From: a virus
Lineage: Duplodnaviria; Caudoviricetes
Virus record (IMG/VR): IMGVR_UViG_3300025575_000011
Coordinates: 1-64,000 of that record
DNA: 64,000 nucleotides
Reading direction: 5' to 3' (one strand)
This document shows, piece by piece, positions 9,456 to 21,138 of the stretch; the stretch's first letter is position 1; each line of letters begins with the position of its first letter. A model generated the notes under the pieces. That model searched no databases. It saw only the letters and a list, made by a program, of their open reading frames with translations, and was not told the DNA's origin. A program made the translations under genes and the position numbers.

Positions 9456-10292
9456 ATGTTAGAATTAAATAACTTTTACATTGATAACTCAGTAAACTTT
9501 ATGGAAGAAAACATTCCAGATAATTACATAGACTTAACAATTACTTCCCCTCCATATGATGATTTGAGAAATTACAATGGATTCTCATTTGACTATAAAA
9601 CAATGCTAAACGAATTATATAGAATTACTAAAGATGGTGGCACTGTAATTTGGGTAGTAGGAGATAAAACAACAAAAGGTAGTGAAACTGGTACATCATT
9701 TAAACAAGCATTATATGCAAAGGAAATAGGGTTTAACTTACACGATACCATGATTTATGGTAAAAATAATCCATTTGGTACTTGTGGTAATCCTCCTTTA
9801 AGATATTCACAAGGATTTGAATACATATTTGTTTTTACCAAGGGTAGAATAAAAACATTTAATCCTATAAAAATACCTTGCAAATATGCAGGAGATACTA
9901 TTCTATTAACCACAAGGAAAGATAGACAATCAGATGGATTACCATTTGACCATTTAAGAAGTAAAATAGACACAGTAAAAGATACAAAGATTAAATCTAA
10001 CATATGGATGTACGATACAGGTAATAATAAATCAACAAAAGATAATCTTGCGTTTAATCATCCTGCAACATTCCCAGAACAATTAGCATTAGATATGTTG
10101 CTTAGTTATTCAAATGAAGAAGATGTTGTATTAGATCCAATGTGTGGAAGTGGTACTGTTTGTAAACAATCTTATCTAAATAAGAGAGAATTTATAGGAA
10201 TTGACATGAGTGATGAGTACATAAATAATATTTGTAAACCACGATTGAATACATATGGTTGGAAAAGTGAAGATAAAATAACAATATTATAA
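9456..10292 (+). CDS. orphan DNA methyltransferase, beta class (N4-C likely)
   Basis: Catalytic TSPPY near the N-terminus; HPATFP and DPMCGSGT SAM motif near the C-terminus. Confidence 0.9.
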   Translation: MLELNNFYIDNSVNFMEENIPDNYIDLTITSPPYDDLRNYNGFSFDYKTMLNELYRITKDGGTVIWVVGDKTTKGSETGTSFKQALYAKEIGFNLHDTMIYGKNNPFGTCGNPPLRYSQGFEYIFVFTKGRIKTFNPIKIPCKYAGDTILLTTRKDRQSDGLPFDHLRSKIDTVKDTKIKSNIWMYDTGNNKSTKDNLAFNHPATFPEQLALDMLLSYSNEEDVVLDPMCGSGTVCKQSYLNKREFIGIDMSDEYINNICKPRLNTYGWKSEDKITIL

Positions 10293-10319
10293 AATATAAT
10301 TTTGAGAAGGAGTTTAACT

Positions 10320-10547
10320 ATGACTAAAAATTCAATGAAGTCAAAAGTTATTAGTCTTACTGGGAAATTACTACAGGCTAAAAGAAGTGGAAATGTAATG
10401 AAGGAACAAACAGCATATCAAAATCTGTATGAATTTTGTATTGAAAATAATATTGACTTTGACAATGCTTATATTGGTGCTGTGGAATGGATTAAACAAA
10501 ATAAGCCTATAGCAAGTGCTATGAATGGGATATTAGTTAATACATAG
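10320..10547 (+). CDS. hypothetical protein
   Basis: RBS gaagga; start moved to ATG 10320. Confidence 0.55.
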   Translation: MTKNSMKSKVISLTGKLLQAKRSGNVMKEQTAYQNLYEFCIENNIDFDNAYIGAVEWIKQNKPIASAMNGILVNT

Positions 10548-10661
10548 AAGTATAGAAGTAGCACCTTCTTCATGCTTCTATATACTCACTTATGCTACGT
10601 TTTCAAACACTAAAATACCATAAAATCATTCTTTCAATCTATAAGGAAAGGGGATAAAACA

Positions 10662-10847
10662 ATGAAAAACTTTAATATAATTCACTATAAAGAATGTCCA
10701 CAATGTAATTTCCATATTGATTCACTTTCAAAATATGCTTATGACAATAATTTATGTCCTAAATGCGGATATACAACAGGTTATGGTTCGTCAACACCAG
10801 TAATTCCTTCCGACATAAATAATCATACTGGATTATTAACTAAATAA
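10662..10847 (+). CDS. Zn-ribbon small protein
   Basis: CPQC...CPKCG. Confidence 0.6.
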   Translation: MKNFNIIHYKECPQCNFHIDSLSKYAYDNNLCPKCGYTTGYGSSTPVIPSDINNHTGLLTK

Positions 10848-10861
10848 GGAGACAAAATAAA

Positions 10862-11155
10862 ATGGAATACTGCGAATATATCCATGCCGATTGTGAATAT
10901 CTAGAAATCTGCAAAGAGAGAATTGAAGGAATTTGCATTAAGGATATCTTGGGAGAAGAATTAATCCTTAAACCTGAGTATTCGCCAAATGCTATCAAAG
11001 AGAGAATCCTATACTTTGCTAATAAAGATAAAATGAATAAAGAATTGGAGGTGAAAAGTATGTCTAAAGTTGTAGATTGTGGAGTAGGTTGTGATTTTAA
11101 TTGTGAAGGTAATTGCCCATTCAATACTAAAAATGAATCAGTAGTTGCTGAGTAA
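10862..11155 (+). CDS. Cys-rich hypothetical protein
   Basis: RBS aggag; an internal in-frame SD plus ATG at 11060. Confidence 0.55.
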   Translation: MEYCEYIHADCEYLEICKERIEGICIKDILGEELILKPEYSPNAIKERILYFANKDKMNKELEVKSMSKVVDCGVGCDFNCEGNCPFNTKNESVVAE

Positions 11156-11190
11156 ATATAATAAATAATAAATGAAAGAAGGATAAATAT

Positions 11191-12345
11191 ATGAATACTT
11201 TAAGTAATTTAATGCAAGAGGGAATCGAGAAAAATATTAAGGATACAACAGATACATATAAAAGTCTTACTAAATCATTAGGAAATCTTAATAATTGGAT
11301 GCAAAATCCATTAGACATCTTCAATAATTACTTTGATTTTACTCATCAAGAGCGAAAACCTTTAGAATGGTCAACAGATCATGAAGTAATCATTAAAAGT
11401 CAAGCAATGAATTTATTACATTTTCCAAATACAACTCGTGAAGTAACTGCAAAATATCCTATTCTAGTATCTCCTCCAAACGCAGGACATGACAGTAAAC
11501 TTGCTGATTTTAGTCCCACACAAAGTTTAGTAAGGACATTACATGCACAAGGTTTTGATGTTTATGTCGATGAATGGCTTAGTGCTACAGCAGAAGATTC
11601 TGAATTAGGAATTGATAGTTATGTTAATTTTACTCATAGATCAGTAGAAATGATTAAACAATTACATAATGTTGATAAAATCCATTTGTTAGGACAATGT
11701 CAAGGTGGATGGCAAGTATCAATGTATGCTTCATTGCATCCTGAAAATATATCGAGTTTAGTTGTGGCTGCTGCACCAATTAATTTTCATGCTGATTATG
11801 GAGTCATGAATATTCTTGTAGACAATATGAAGATGAAAGACTTTGAAAAACTTACTACAAAAGGTTATTTAGCAGGAGAAGATATGCTAAAGAGCTTTAA
11901 AATGCTTCAACCTAATGAACATCAGCACTTGAAATTCATTAAAGAATACATAATGGTATTAGAGAAAGATAAAAAAGCAATGGACAGAACAGAGCATTTT
12001 TCCCAATGGTATGATAATCCACAGAATTTGCCTAGACGATTCTATTTAGAAATTGTTAAAAATGTGTTTATGGATAATTGTATGAAAGAAAATACGTTTT
12101 CAATTGACGGTAGGGTAATTGATTTAAAGAATATCACATGTCCATTAGTATTAATTGGAGGAACAAAAGACCATATTACTCCTCCAGAACAGTGTTTTGG
12201 TATGTCAGAATTAGTTTCTACGCCACAAGATCAGATACATAAGTTTACAGTCAATGCAGGACATATTGGAGCTTTAATGGGTGGTAGTGTATTGAGGAAT
12301 GAGTATCCTAAGATTTGTGGTATTATGAAAAGTAGTGAAGTTTAA
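11191..12345 (+). CDS. PHA synthase (PhaC) / intracellular PHB depolymerase (PhaZ)-like alpha/beta hydrolase with Cys nucleophile
   Basis: Lipase-box variant LLGQCQGG, Asp in GGTKDHITPP, His in NAGHIG; PP.AGH.S..AD and DVY.D.W segments resemble PhaC/PhaZ-type proteins. Confidence 0.75.
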   Translation: MNTLSNLMQEGIEKNIKDTTDTYKSLTKSLGNLNNWMQNPLDIFNNYFDFTHQERKPLEWSTDHEVIIKSQAMNLLHFPNTTREVTAKYPILVSPPNAGHDSKLADFSPTQSLVRTLHAQGFDVYVDEWLSATAEDSELGIDSYVNFTHRSVEMIKQLHNVDKIHLLGQCQGGWQVSMYASLHPENISSLVVAAAPINFHADYGVMNILVDNMKMKDFEKLTTKGYLAGEDMLKSFKMLQPNEHQHLKFIKEYIMVLEKDKKAMDRTEHFSQWYDNPQNLPRRFYLEIVKNVFMDNCMKENTFSIDGRVIDLKNITCPLVLIGGTKDHITPPEQCFGMSELVSTPQDQIHKFTVNAGHIGALMGGSVLRNEYPKICGIMKSSEV

Positions 12346-12439
12346 TATAATAAAGTAGTTGTATTATTATACATAGTATTGCATAAAAATACAGTATATT
12401 TATGTATAATGTGCATAAAAAGTAGAGGAGAGATTATAT

Positions 12440-12658
12440 ATGGAATATGTAAGCATTACCGCTATTATTAAAGATGGAGGATATAGGAAACTACAAATTA
12501 CCCCAGAAATGCTCAGTGAACTAACAATAGCAATTCAAAAAAATGGGTCTGAAATTGTTCAATTACCGTTTAGTGATATAGTCATTGCTGGAATATTAAT
12601 AGTGGGAAAAGACATTGGAGAAAGAGTAATTTTTATCAGTGATGATAATGTTCAATAA
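12440..12658 (+). CDS. hypothetical protein
   Basis: 72-aa ORF, RBS gaggag. Confidence 0.55.
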   Translation: MEYVSITAIIKDGGYRKLQITPEMLSELTIAIQKNGSEIVQLPFSDIVIAGILIVGKDIGERVIFISDDNVQ

Positions 12659-12675
12659 CACATAAATAATATATG

Positions 12676-12704
12676 TTGACTTTAAACCTTGCAAAGTGTA
12701 TACT
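12676..12704 (+). promoter_or_regulatory. sigmaA-type promoter
   Basis: TTGACT-17 nt-TATACT upstream of the ligase. Confidence 0.7.
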
Positions 12705-12757
12705 TAGTATATCGAGTGAGGTTCAATTTTTAGAAGAAAGAAGGAGAGAAAATACAT

Positions 12758-14044
12758 ATGGAAAAAGTATTGTCAATCGTAGAACAAATCCAAGCAACAT
12801 CTGGAAGGAACGATAAGGAGTTTATTTTATCACAACATAAGGACAATGAGTTATTCAAGACTGTAATGCACTTCATCTATAATCCATTTATCCTTACAGG
12901 AATCAGTAAAAAGAAGATCAGTAAGAAATTAAAACTTCCAGCAGAACCTTCCACATTATCAATTATTGAGGTTATGGATTATCTTAAAACATATAATTCT
13001 GGTAGAGATGAGGATGTTGCTTTAGTACAACACTTTATTCAATCACAGCCCGAAGGATTAAGAGACTTCTATACTAAGATTGTCTCCAAGGATTTAAGCA
13101 TTGGCATGACAGAAGGCACGTTAAACAAGGTATATGGAGCAGGATTCATAAAAACATTCAGCGTCATGTTAGCTAAGAAATATGAAGATCATAAGAAAAA
13201 AATTAAAGGCGATTTTGTTTTAACGGAGAAAATGGATGGGAATCGCTGTGTAGTAATTAAAGATAATGGAGTTGTAAAGTCTTTTACTAGACAAGGTAAA
13301 CAGTATGATGGACTTGAAGAAATTGAATCAGACATTGCTAACTTGCTTGAAGACAATGTTATTTTTGATGGAGAATTAATTGCAGATATGCAAGGTAGCA
13401 CGATTGAAATTTATGCGGAGACAACCAGTAAGGCAAGAAGTAAAGGAAGTAATAAAACAGGATTGGTATATCACATTTTTGATATGTTACCATTAGGGCA
13501 ATTCCAAGATGGAAAATCTAGTGCAAATTGTATTACACGCAAAAAATACTTATCTAGTGTATTTGATAATAATACATTCTCGCACTGCGTAGAAGTAAAA
13601 CCTTTGTACATAGGAAATGATTTATCAGAAGTGGAAAAATGGATGGGTTGGGCTAAAGACAACGAACTCGAAGGAATAATGTTGAACTTAGACAAGCCGT
13701 ATATTTGTAAGAGAAGTGATTTCATTTTGAAAGTTAAAACCTTTAATGATGCAGATGTAAAATGCTTAGGCGTTTTAGAAGGAACTGGCAAAAATGTAGG
13801 TAAACTTGGTGCTATTACAATCCAATTCACTCATGAGAATAAGATATATGAATGTAATTGTGGTTCAGGATTCTCAGATGAGGAACGAGAAGCATACTGG
13901 AAGACACCAGAATTGATTGTAGGTAAGATTGTGACAGTAGGTTATTTTGAAGTCTCTAAGAATGCACAAGGAGATTATGGGTTGAGATTCCCAACTTGGA
14001 AAAGTATTATTAGACATGATAAAACAGAAATTAGTATGAATTAA
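12758..14044 (+). CDS. lig: ATP-dependent DNA ligase
   Basis: Adenylation motif TEKMDGNR, FDGEL, YHIFD, EGIML, ILKVK, C-terminal OB fold GSGFSD...LRFP. Confidence 0.93.
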   Translation: MEKVLSIVEQIQATSGRNDKEFILSQHKDNELFKTVMHFIYNPFILTGISKKKISKKLKLPAEPSTLSIIEVMDYLKTYNSGRDEDVALVQHFIQSQPEGLRDFYTKIVSKDLSIGMTEGTLNKVYGAGFIKTFSVMLAKKYEDHKKKIKGDFVLTEKMDGNRCVVIKDNGVVKSFTRQGKQYDGLEEIESDIANLLEDNVIFDGELIADMQGSTIEIYAETTSKARSKGSNKTGLVYHIFDMLPLGQFQDGKSSANCITRKKYLSSVFDNNTFSHCVEVKPLYIGNDLSEVEKWMGWAKDNELEGIMLNLDKPYICKRSDFILKVKTFNDADVKCLGVLEGTGKNVGKLGAITIQFTHENKIYECNCGSGFSDEEREAYWKTPELIVGKIVTVGYFEVSKNAQGDYGLRFPTWKSIIRHDKTEISMN

Positions 14045-15969
14045 AAGGACTATTTCGAAGGAAAGGAGTTAAATTATAATGACCAAATATGGTATAAAGT
14101 CATATTCTTTATCAATAGGTGGCGAAGAGTTTGGAGGGATAATGTACCCAATTGATACGATAATAAGAGCATTACAAAAGTATGAAAAAGAATATGATGG
14201 TCTTGTTGGCTCTTTAAGCGGTGAAACTACAGTTAAGAAAATTGTAGAAGAAATGATAAGGGATAAGTAAAACATGAAAGATATATTTCATTCCGAAAGG
14301 AGGAATACATAAAATGATTGAAACCATTATTTGTGGATTGTTAGCTGGAATACTTACATCAATAATTCAATTAAATATAGAATTTGCTAAGTACGTATTA
14401 TCTAAAAAATAATATATAAACTATATAAAGAGGAGGATATACCATTGAATATTAGTAAGAGAGATAAATCAATAATGAAAATGTTAGCAAAACTATCAAC
14501 GTACAAAATACCTTTCATAAGTAAAGTATGCAAAGATGTTTTATTAAAGAAAATTGAGGCAGAAGTAGATAAAGCAATACAGATAGAGTATGAAAATACT
14601 CGCTCATTCTTACAGGAATTTGCAGAAGCAAAAACATTCGATGAACCAAGTTTTATTAAGTTCAAATTGAAAAATACAATCAAATAGAAGAAATTTTGAG
14701 TAGGATAAAACATGTCATTTAATTGATTATAAGAAAGGATTATTTGTATGGAAAAGAAAAAGATTAAAGTAAGTGTAAGACATCAAGTCCTCGATGTTAA
14801 TAGAGATAGAGGTTGGATACTAAGGGAGTTAGATAAATATCCAAAATATGATCCTAAAAAAGATCCTGCTATTAAAAGACTAAATGAGAGATTTGCTGAG
14901 ATTGAACACGAATATAGTAATAGAGGGTGTTTGGGTACAGTCATCTTTGCTATTATGGTTGCAGTAGGTCTACCATCGTTATATTTGTTAATGAGTTGAG
15001 ATATATAGAAAGGAGAAACAATGTACGAGTTTTACAAGATTAAGTATCCTTATGATAACCTATTCAGTACGGGATTAAGAAATGGATATATACAAAAATC
15101 TAAGAAGGGTAAAACATTCAACTCCATTGGTGCATTAAAAAGCCATTTAACAATGACGAAAAAATTTGATAATGGCGCATTTGAGTTATTTTATAATGAG
15201 TGGTTGGTTATCAAGATCACAGAGAATGGAATTGAAGAATTAGGTAAGGTAAAAGATTTCACTAGCAAATGAACATTTCCTAGTATTAAGGAAGAAAGGA
15301 GAATATTATGCAATTAACCAAACAAGCTATTGAAAAGAAATATAATTGTGAATTAATAAAAAATAATGACTGTGATGGCAAAGGTTCGTATTGGCTTGCT
15401 TATCGAGACGATGAAGGTTATATAGCAGATGAATTTACTCTTAAAGAAATGGTTAATACCCTTGAAAAATTGGAGGATTAAAAACTAAAATTCATCGTAT
15501 GAAGGGGAAAATAATGCGTGAGTACATAGTGGATAGCTTAGAAAATACATGTGTTAATGAAAAGAATGATCCAATTAAGGAAAGTAAAATTACTGATTTT
15601 GGTCAGAGTGTTAGATTCAAATTGGAGAATAATTAATATAATAAGGAAATCGAATAAAATTATATAATGTATAATCCCTTTATAAATGTGAAATAATAAT
15701 ACTAATCCATAAAATATAAAGGAGGTAGTATTATTATGAAGCGACTTCTAAATGGGTATGTTGAAACTTTTTATGTTCTAGGGAATAGAGCAGGTAATGG
15801 GTTTATAAATCATAGTAGTAGCAAAATTCTTATTACAGACCCTATGAAGTCTAGAAAATTTGACAGCTTAAAGGAAGCATTAGATTTTGTAGAAGGAAAC
15901 AAAAATAGCTATGAACCATTATTCCCACATCAAATTAGGATTACAGTTGAGTTAATTTAGTTTTAGGGA

Positions 15970-16010
15970 TATAGTGCAATATAATATTGTTTTGTTTATA
16001 TTGCACTATA
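15970..16010. terminator. AT-rich hairpin (terminator or operator)
   Basis: tatagtgcaatataa-11 nt-ttatattgcactata, perfect 15-bp inverted repeat after 15736..15960. Confidence 0.5.
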
Positions 16011-17799
16011 AATACATAGGCCGATAAAACATGCATTTCTTGGTATCGGAAAGGAGTTTGGTCATGAGAGTTGAATATTACTTTAGTGCAACTTCTGATT
16101 CAAATAGTTGGAAAGACTTTTTGACAAAAGAACAGAATGGAAGATTAGACTGTTTTTATAAAAAGATAACTGGATATGGATGGAAAGATAAATTTGGTTT
16201 TCACCCAAATGGTGAATCTATACATATCAGTGAAAATGGAGATGTGTATAAAGGAGTTTGGTTTGAAACAGATACTAGAAAGATTGCTATATTTGATGTG
16301 TTTAGCAAAAATTAATTTAGGGGGAGGTGACACTGTGGAATTTACTTCAATTAAAAATAAGAAAGCTAATATTAATTGTTGCCATCAATACTTACATAGG
16401 CCATTAAATATGAGTAAGTCTATCATTGAAGTAGGTAAGCCGTTGAGTATATTATACGAAATTGGTTCGTCTTTTGGTCATGAGATGGTTATTGGTATTG
16501 AATATCTTAATAAAACAGCTATGAGAGTAGAGACACAAAATAAGATATGGATTATATCCTAGCAAAGAGGAGTTTTAAGCTATGTTAAAATTTTTAATGA
16601 AGAAACCTAAAGAAGAAGACCAATATAAAATTAATTATTGGCCTTATCCTGTAGGAAAACTCATACCAAGAAACAAAAATTACGTAGCAAGAGATGTTGT
16701 ATATATAGAATCACACAATTTAATAGATGGAACAATTACAAGGATAGATGTATCACATGTAAAACTAAAGGAGGATATTAAATGAGTGGATATTTTCAAT
16801 ATATAGGATTTTATTATGAACCACATGTCCAGTATTTTATGAGAAGAATTGAAGCAAGTAATCAGATAGAAGCAGAGAACAAATTTATAAAATATATTGA
16901 AGAAGAAAATGGTAGTTGTGTCTATGAAATATTTGTTAGTTTGATATCTGATTTAGATATTATCAATTGATACTAAGAAACTCATGTTTTAAGGGGAAAG
17001 GAGTGATACTAAATGATTCCGTGGGAAGAACCAATACCAGAATGTACTGAGTGTGAATATCATAAACCGCCATATGATATTTGTAGATGTTGTCATTTTG
17101 CATTTAGCGAGAATAAAACAAACTATTTTGAACAGAAAGAGGAATAAATGAAGTATTTACTAGATATAAACATTCCATATTGGCTTGGTAAGCAACTCAA
17201 TATTTTATTGTGGATTAATAGCAATGGGAAAATCAAAATTCTAAATCTTACATTTTGGTTAAATTATAGAGTGAAAGAGATACAAGGATATGAAAAAGAT
17301 TGGTTTCTAGGTAAGAGAAAAAGTTTTGTTTTACGGAAATGGGACATTAAATAATACCCATCGAAAATACAGTTTTATCCTATAAGGAGGTGTCTAAAAC
17401 AATTGAAAAATTGTGTCGTAAGAACTTATGGTAGGGGCTATTCTAGTCCTATGGAGAATTTATCAAATAAGTTAAGTGATGGATGGATTGTAAAGAGTAG
17501 TACACCAATTTTAAACAGAGATGGCAAAACAGAGTATATTGAGTATATTTTAGAAAAAGAATAACATTCCCAAGAAACATAATTTTCATGGGATAAGAAA
17601 GGAGAAATATATGAGTAATTTTGAGAAGGTAATAAATATTGGTATGAAGGCAATGGGCGTGATTTATGCGGTAGATTCTATTGTAATATTACTAGGATAT
17701 CTTACACCATCTGCATTTGGTTCAGGCGTAACCCATTTATGTATAGCTTCGTTCTGCTTAATGAGTACATATTCGAAACCAAGTAAAACCAAATAATAT

Positions 17800-17828
17800 T
17801 TGACTTATATTCACTAATGTAATATAAT
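17800..17828 (+). promoter_or_regulatory. sigmaA-type promoter
   Basis: TTGACT-17 nt-TATAAT. Confidence 0.65.
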
Positions 17829-19291
17829 ATTAATTAAGGAGGTAGGCAATACATATGAGATTGATTTGCACATGTAAGGTTTGTGGTCATGATGATGATT
17901 GGTCTGAGAGTAAAACAGAAGATTATTACTTTTGTCAAAGTTGCCACACAGAATCACACAAAGGATCTATGAAGCTAGAATTTGAGTTTTATGGGGTTAA
18001 GGTTTTTCCTGTGGACTTTGGAGATGAGGACGAGGAAGAGGAAACACAAATAAATAGGTATGTAAGTGAAACAGAGAATTGTGAAAACTGTATGTATAAT
18101 AAAGATTCTTCCCTTTGTTATGAACGTTGGGATAAAATGAGCAATCTTCCTATTAAGAAGTTTGGAGATGGTTTAATTAACTGTTGGGAGCAAGAAGACT
18201 AAACACTTAAAAGATTACTTTTATGGTACGGGAGGTGAAATATTATGATTGAATGTGGGAAGTGCCAAAAAGAAACATTGCCTTTTTACATTACTCAAGA
18301 TGGAAAGTCATTATGTGTTGAATGTGCTACAAAGCATTGTGAACTCGTACATACAAAAATGAATCGAGATATCCAAGAAATGCAAAAGAGCATGAATAAT
18401 AGTAGTAACGATTTATTTAAGTTAAAGAGACAAATGTGTAAACATGAGAATTTAATTGATACTGGATATTGTCGATGGAGTGACCGTCTAAGACTAATTT
18501 TCAAGTGTGCTGAATGTGGTAAGGAAATACTAAAGGACTAATCCCATAAGTAGTCAATTTCATCGGATAGGAGGAATTTAATTTTATGGTTCAGGTCAGA
18601 GAAGTTCTTAAAGACATCTCAGAACTATTACTTATAATTTATGACAATTATAGTCTTGACGATGAGACAGATAGTTATATTGAATCTCAATTATATGATA
18701 TTGTAAGTAACTTATAATCCAAATCAAAAATTAGTTTCATGGGAAAATATAAAAAGAAAGAGGTTCTGGTGATATGGAACAGTTTAATTTTGAAAAACAT
18801 TGGGGTAAGTTTAGGGCAGATGGATTAGCAGTAAATTGTAAAACAGAGGATTTAGCAAACGAATTTTTGAGTTTTTGCGAACAAAGGGGTTTAGAATGGA
18901 GTGGTGGAGATTCATTGTTATCTTCAAATAACAAATGGCAAGAGCACGAGTCAGAAACTTGTTATTGGGGAAGATGGGGAGTATCATATTCCAGTATTAA
19001 TTATTGCAATGAGCAAAAAGTAGGCATTATAGAATTTATAGGTTCAAACAAAGAAGTAAAATCCAATCATCCAACAACCACAACTGAAGAAACAATCAAA
19101 GTAATCTATCATCGAAGGGAAACAATCGTTCTTCTCAAATCAGAAGGCAAACATTATAGAGGTGTTTCAAAATGCAGTTCACTAGATACATATAATAAAG
19201 AAGAGGGTTTTTTATTAGCATTAGAAAGAGCAAGAGATAATCAGAAGGAAGGGAGATATTAAATGATTTGTTGGGAAAAGAGTAAAAATAA

Positions 19292-20167
19292 ATGTCAAAT
19301 CTAAACACTGAGGAAAAGAAGAAGAGAGCAGACAAACGAAGGCAAGATAAATACAATGAGGAACATAAACTAATTAATGGAATGATTTTTAAGTGGTGTA
19401 AGGTTGGACAACATTGGGTAGTAATGGATGAGGAACATTTTTATATGAATCAAAAAAATGGGGTAGACGGGTTTCATCCAGATTGTAAATATCACACAAT
19501 TGAAAAATCAAGAAAATGGGCTAAAGATAACCCAGAAAGAGAAAAAGAAATAAGACACAAAATAAATACTAACCCATCTGATAAAACAAGAGAAACCAAA
19601 CGTATAGACGCTCAAACAAGAAGAGATAATGGCAAGTATTATCAATGGTTAAAAGATAATCCTGATAAACAATCTGCGTATACTTTAAATCATAGACAGC
19701 ATGATATTACAGAAAAGGAATGGCGATTATGTAAAGATTACTTTGATAATAAATGTGCTTATTGTGGACTACCAGCAGAAAAACATTTTGCAAGCAGGAA
19801 TGGTAAAGAAATTATAATGGATTTACATAGAGAACATGTTGAAGATGATGGTTATAATGACCTAAGAAACTGTGTGCCATCTTGTAAGGGCTGCAATAGT
19901 GCTAAACATGATTTTATTATGGTAGATTGGTTTTCTAGACAAACATTCTATGATATAGTAAGATATAATATTATTATATTGTGGACAACCGAAGATTATG
20001 AGCAATACATTGAAGAAAAACCTCCTTATAAAATGACTAAAAAGAAAAATGATGGTTTAAAGACTTTCCATTGGGAACTTTGGACGGTCGACGAGAAGAG
20101 GAATACAGTAGAATTAATAGATATAAAAGACAAAAAGAGACAGTTAGATATTAAATTAATACTATAA
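19292..20167 (+). CDS. HNH endonuclease-domain protein
   Basis: CAYCG...LHREHV...GYNDLRNCVPSCKGCNSAK. Confidence 0.8.
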   Translation: MSNLNTEEKKKRADKRRQDKYNEEHKLINGMIFKWCKVGQHWVVMDEEHFYMNQKNGVDGFHPDCKYHTIEKSRKWAKDNPEREKEIRHKINTNPSDKTRETKRIDAQTRRDNGKYYQWLKDNPDKQSAYTLNHRQHDITEKEWRLCKDYFDNKCAYCGLPAEKHFASRNGKEIIMDLHREHVEDDGYNDLRNCVPSCKGCNSAKHDFIMVDWFSRQTFYDIVRYNIIILWTTEDYEQYIEEKPPYKMTKKKNDGLKTFHWELWTVDEKRNTVELIDIKDKKRQLDIKLIL

Positions 20168-20206
20168 AGCGATTATTTTATTCTACAAATAGAAAGGAAA
20201 TGAATT

Positions 20207-20573
20207 ATGAAATTAAATTTCACAGTAGATATAGACAGAAGTGATGACATATGATTTACAAGAGGAACTATTAAATAAAGCGTCAGAAAAATTTATAGAG
20301 GGTATTTTAGGGAACAAGTGGGATGATGATACCTTGTATGAAAAACTAGAAAAAAGAGTCATATCAAAACTAGAGATAATTATGGACGCAGACTTTAAAA
20401 ATTCAGTATCTACAAAAGTCACTGATAATCTAGTTAAGAAATTTGAAAGGACTAAACAATACAAAATATTACAATCCAATGGAGAAGTGGTTGCAGATGG
20501 TATAATCAAAAGTGGATTAAAGGATTTAATTGCTGAGATTGTCAGAAGTGAAATGAAAAAAGTATTTAAATAG
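20207..20573 (+). pseudogene. hypothetical gene with apparent 1-nt frameshift near 20237
   Basis: SD plus ATG 20207 gives MKLNFTVDID and stops at about 20252; removing one A at 20237 joins it to ORF 20241..20573, whose GTG lacks an SD. Confidence 0.45.
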
Positions 20574-20589
20574 AAAGGAGGAAGATAAT

Positions 20590-21087
20590 ATGATTATTCA
20601 AAAAACACAAGATTACCTAAATTATGTAAAAGAGCATAAACAAAATGTAAAACTTGCATGGAAGGAACTTCAGGAAAAATGTGAGGGCAAAGGATTTTCA
20701 TTTATTTATGATGACTGGAAGTACCATATCTTATGTTCATTAATTGAAAAGCATGATGATAGTAAATTATCTAATGAAGAATTTATTCCATACAGACAGA
20801 AATTTTATCCATGTGAAGGAGAAAACATTGACAAATCTTTGTTTGGTGTAGCGTGGGAGCATCACAAAAATAACAATCCTCATCATTGGGAACATTGGTT
20901 AAATCATGAACCTTCAACCCCTTATGATAAAAGTATGTACGCTGTTGAAATGGTTTGTGATTGGATGGCAATGGGTTATAAGTTTGGTGATACAGCAGAA
21001 TCGTTTTATTTAAATAATAAAAATAAGATTATTTTACCTGTATCTGAAGACTATATTTTTGAAATATTTAATGCGATAAAGCAATAA
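20590..21087 (+). CDS. DUF5662-like HD-type phosphohydrolase-fold phage protein
   Basis: EHK.NV...HDDSK...HHKNNNPHHWEHW...EMVCDW. Confidence 0.65.
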   Translation: MIIQKTQDYLNYVKEHKQNVKLAWKELQEKCEGKGFSFIYDDWKYHILCSLIEKHDDSKLSNEEFIPYRQKFYPCEGENIDKSLFGVAWEHHKNNNPHHWEHWLNHEPSTPYDKSMYAVEMVCDWMAMGYKFGDTAESFYLNNKNKIILPVSEDYIFEIFNAIKQ

Positions 21088-21138
21088 TTCGAAATTAAGA
21101 TTTTAAAGGATTATAATTAATATTGGGAGGGATTAACA

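Noticed and set aside
11191-12345. Complete PHA biosynthesis pathway
   Set aside because: No PhaE/PhaR, thiolase, reductase or phasin is adjacent; reported only as a single enzyme.
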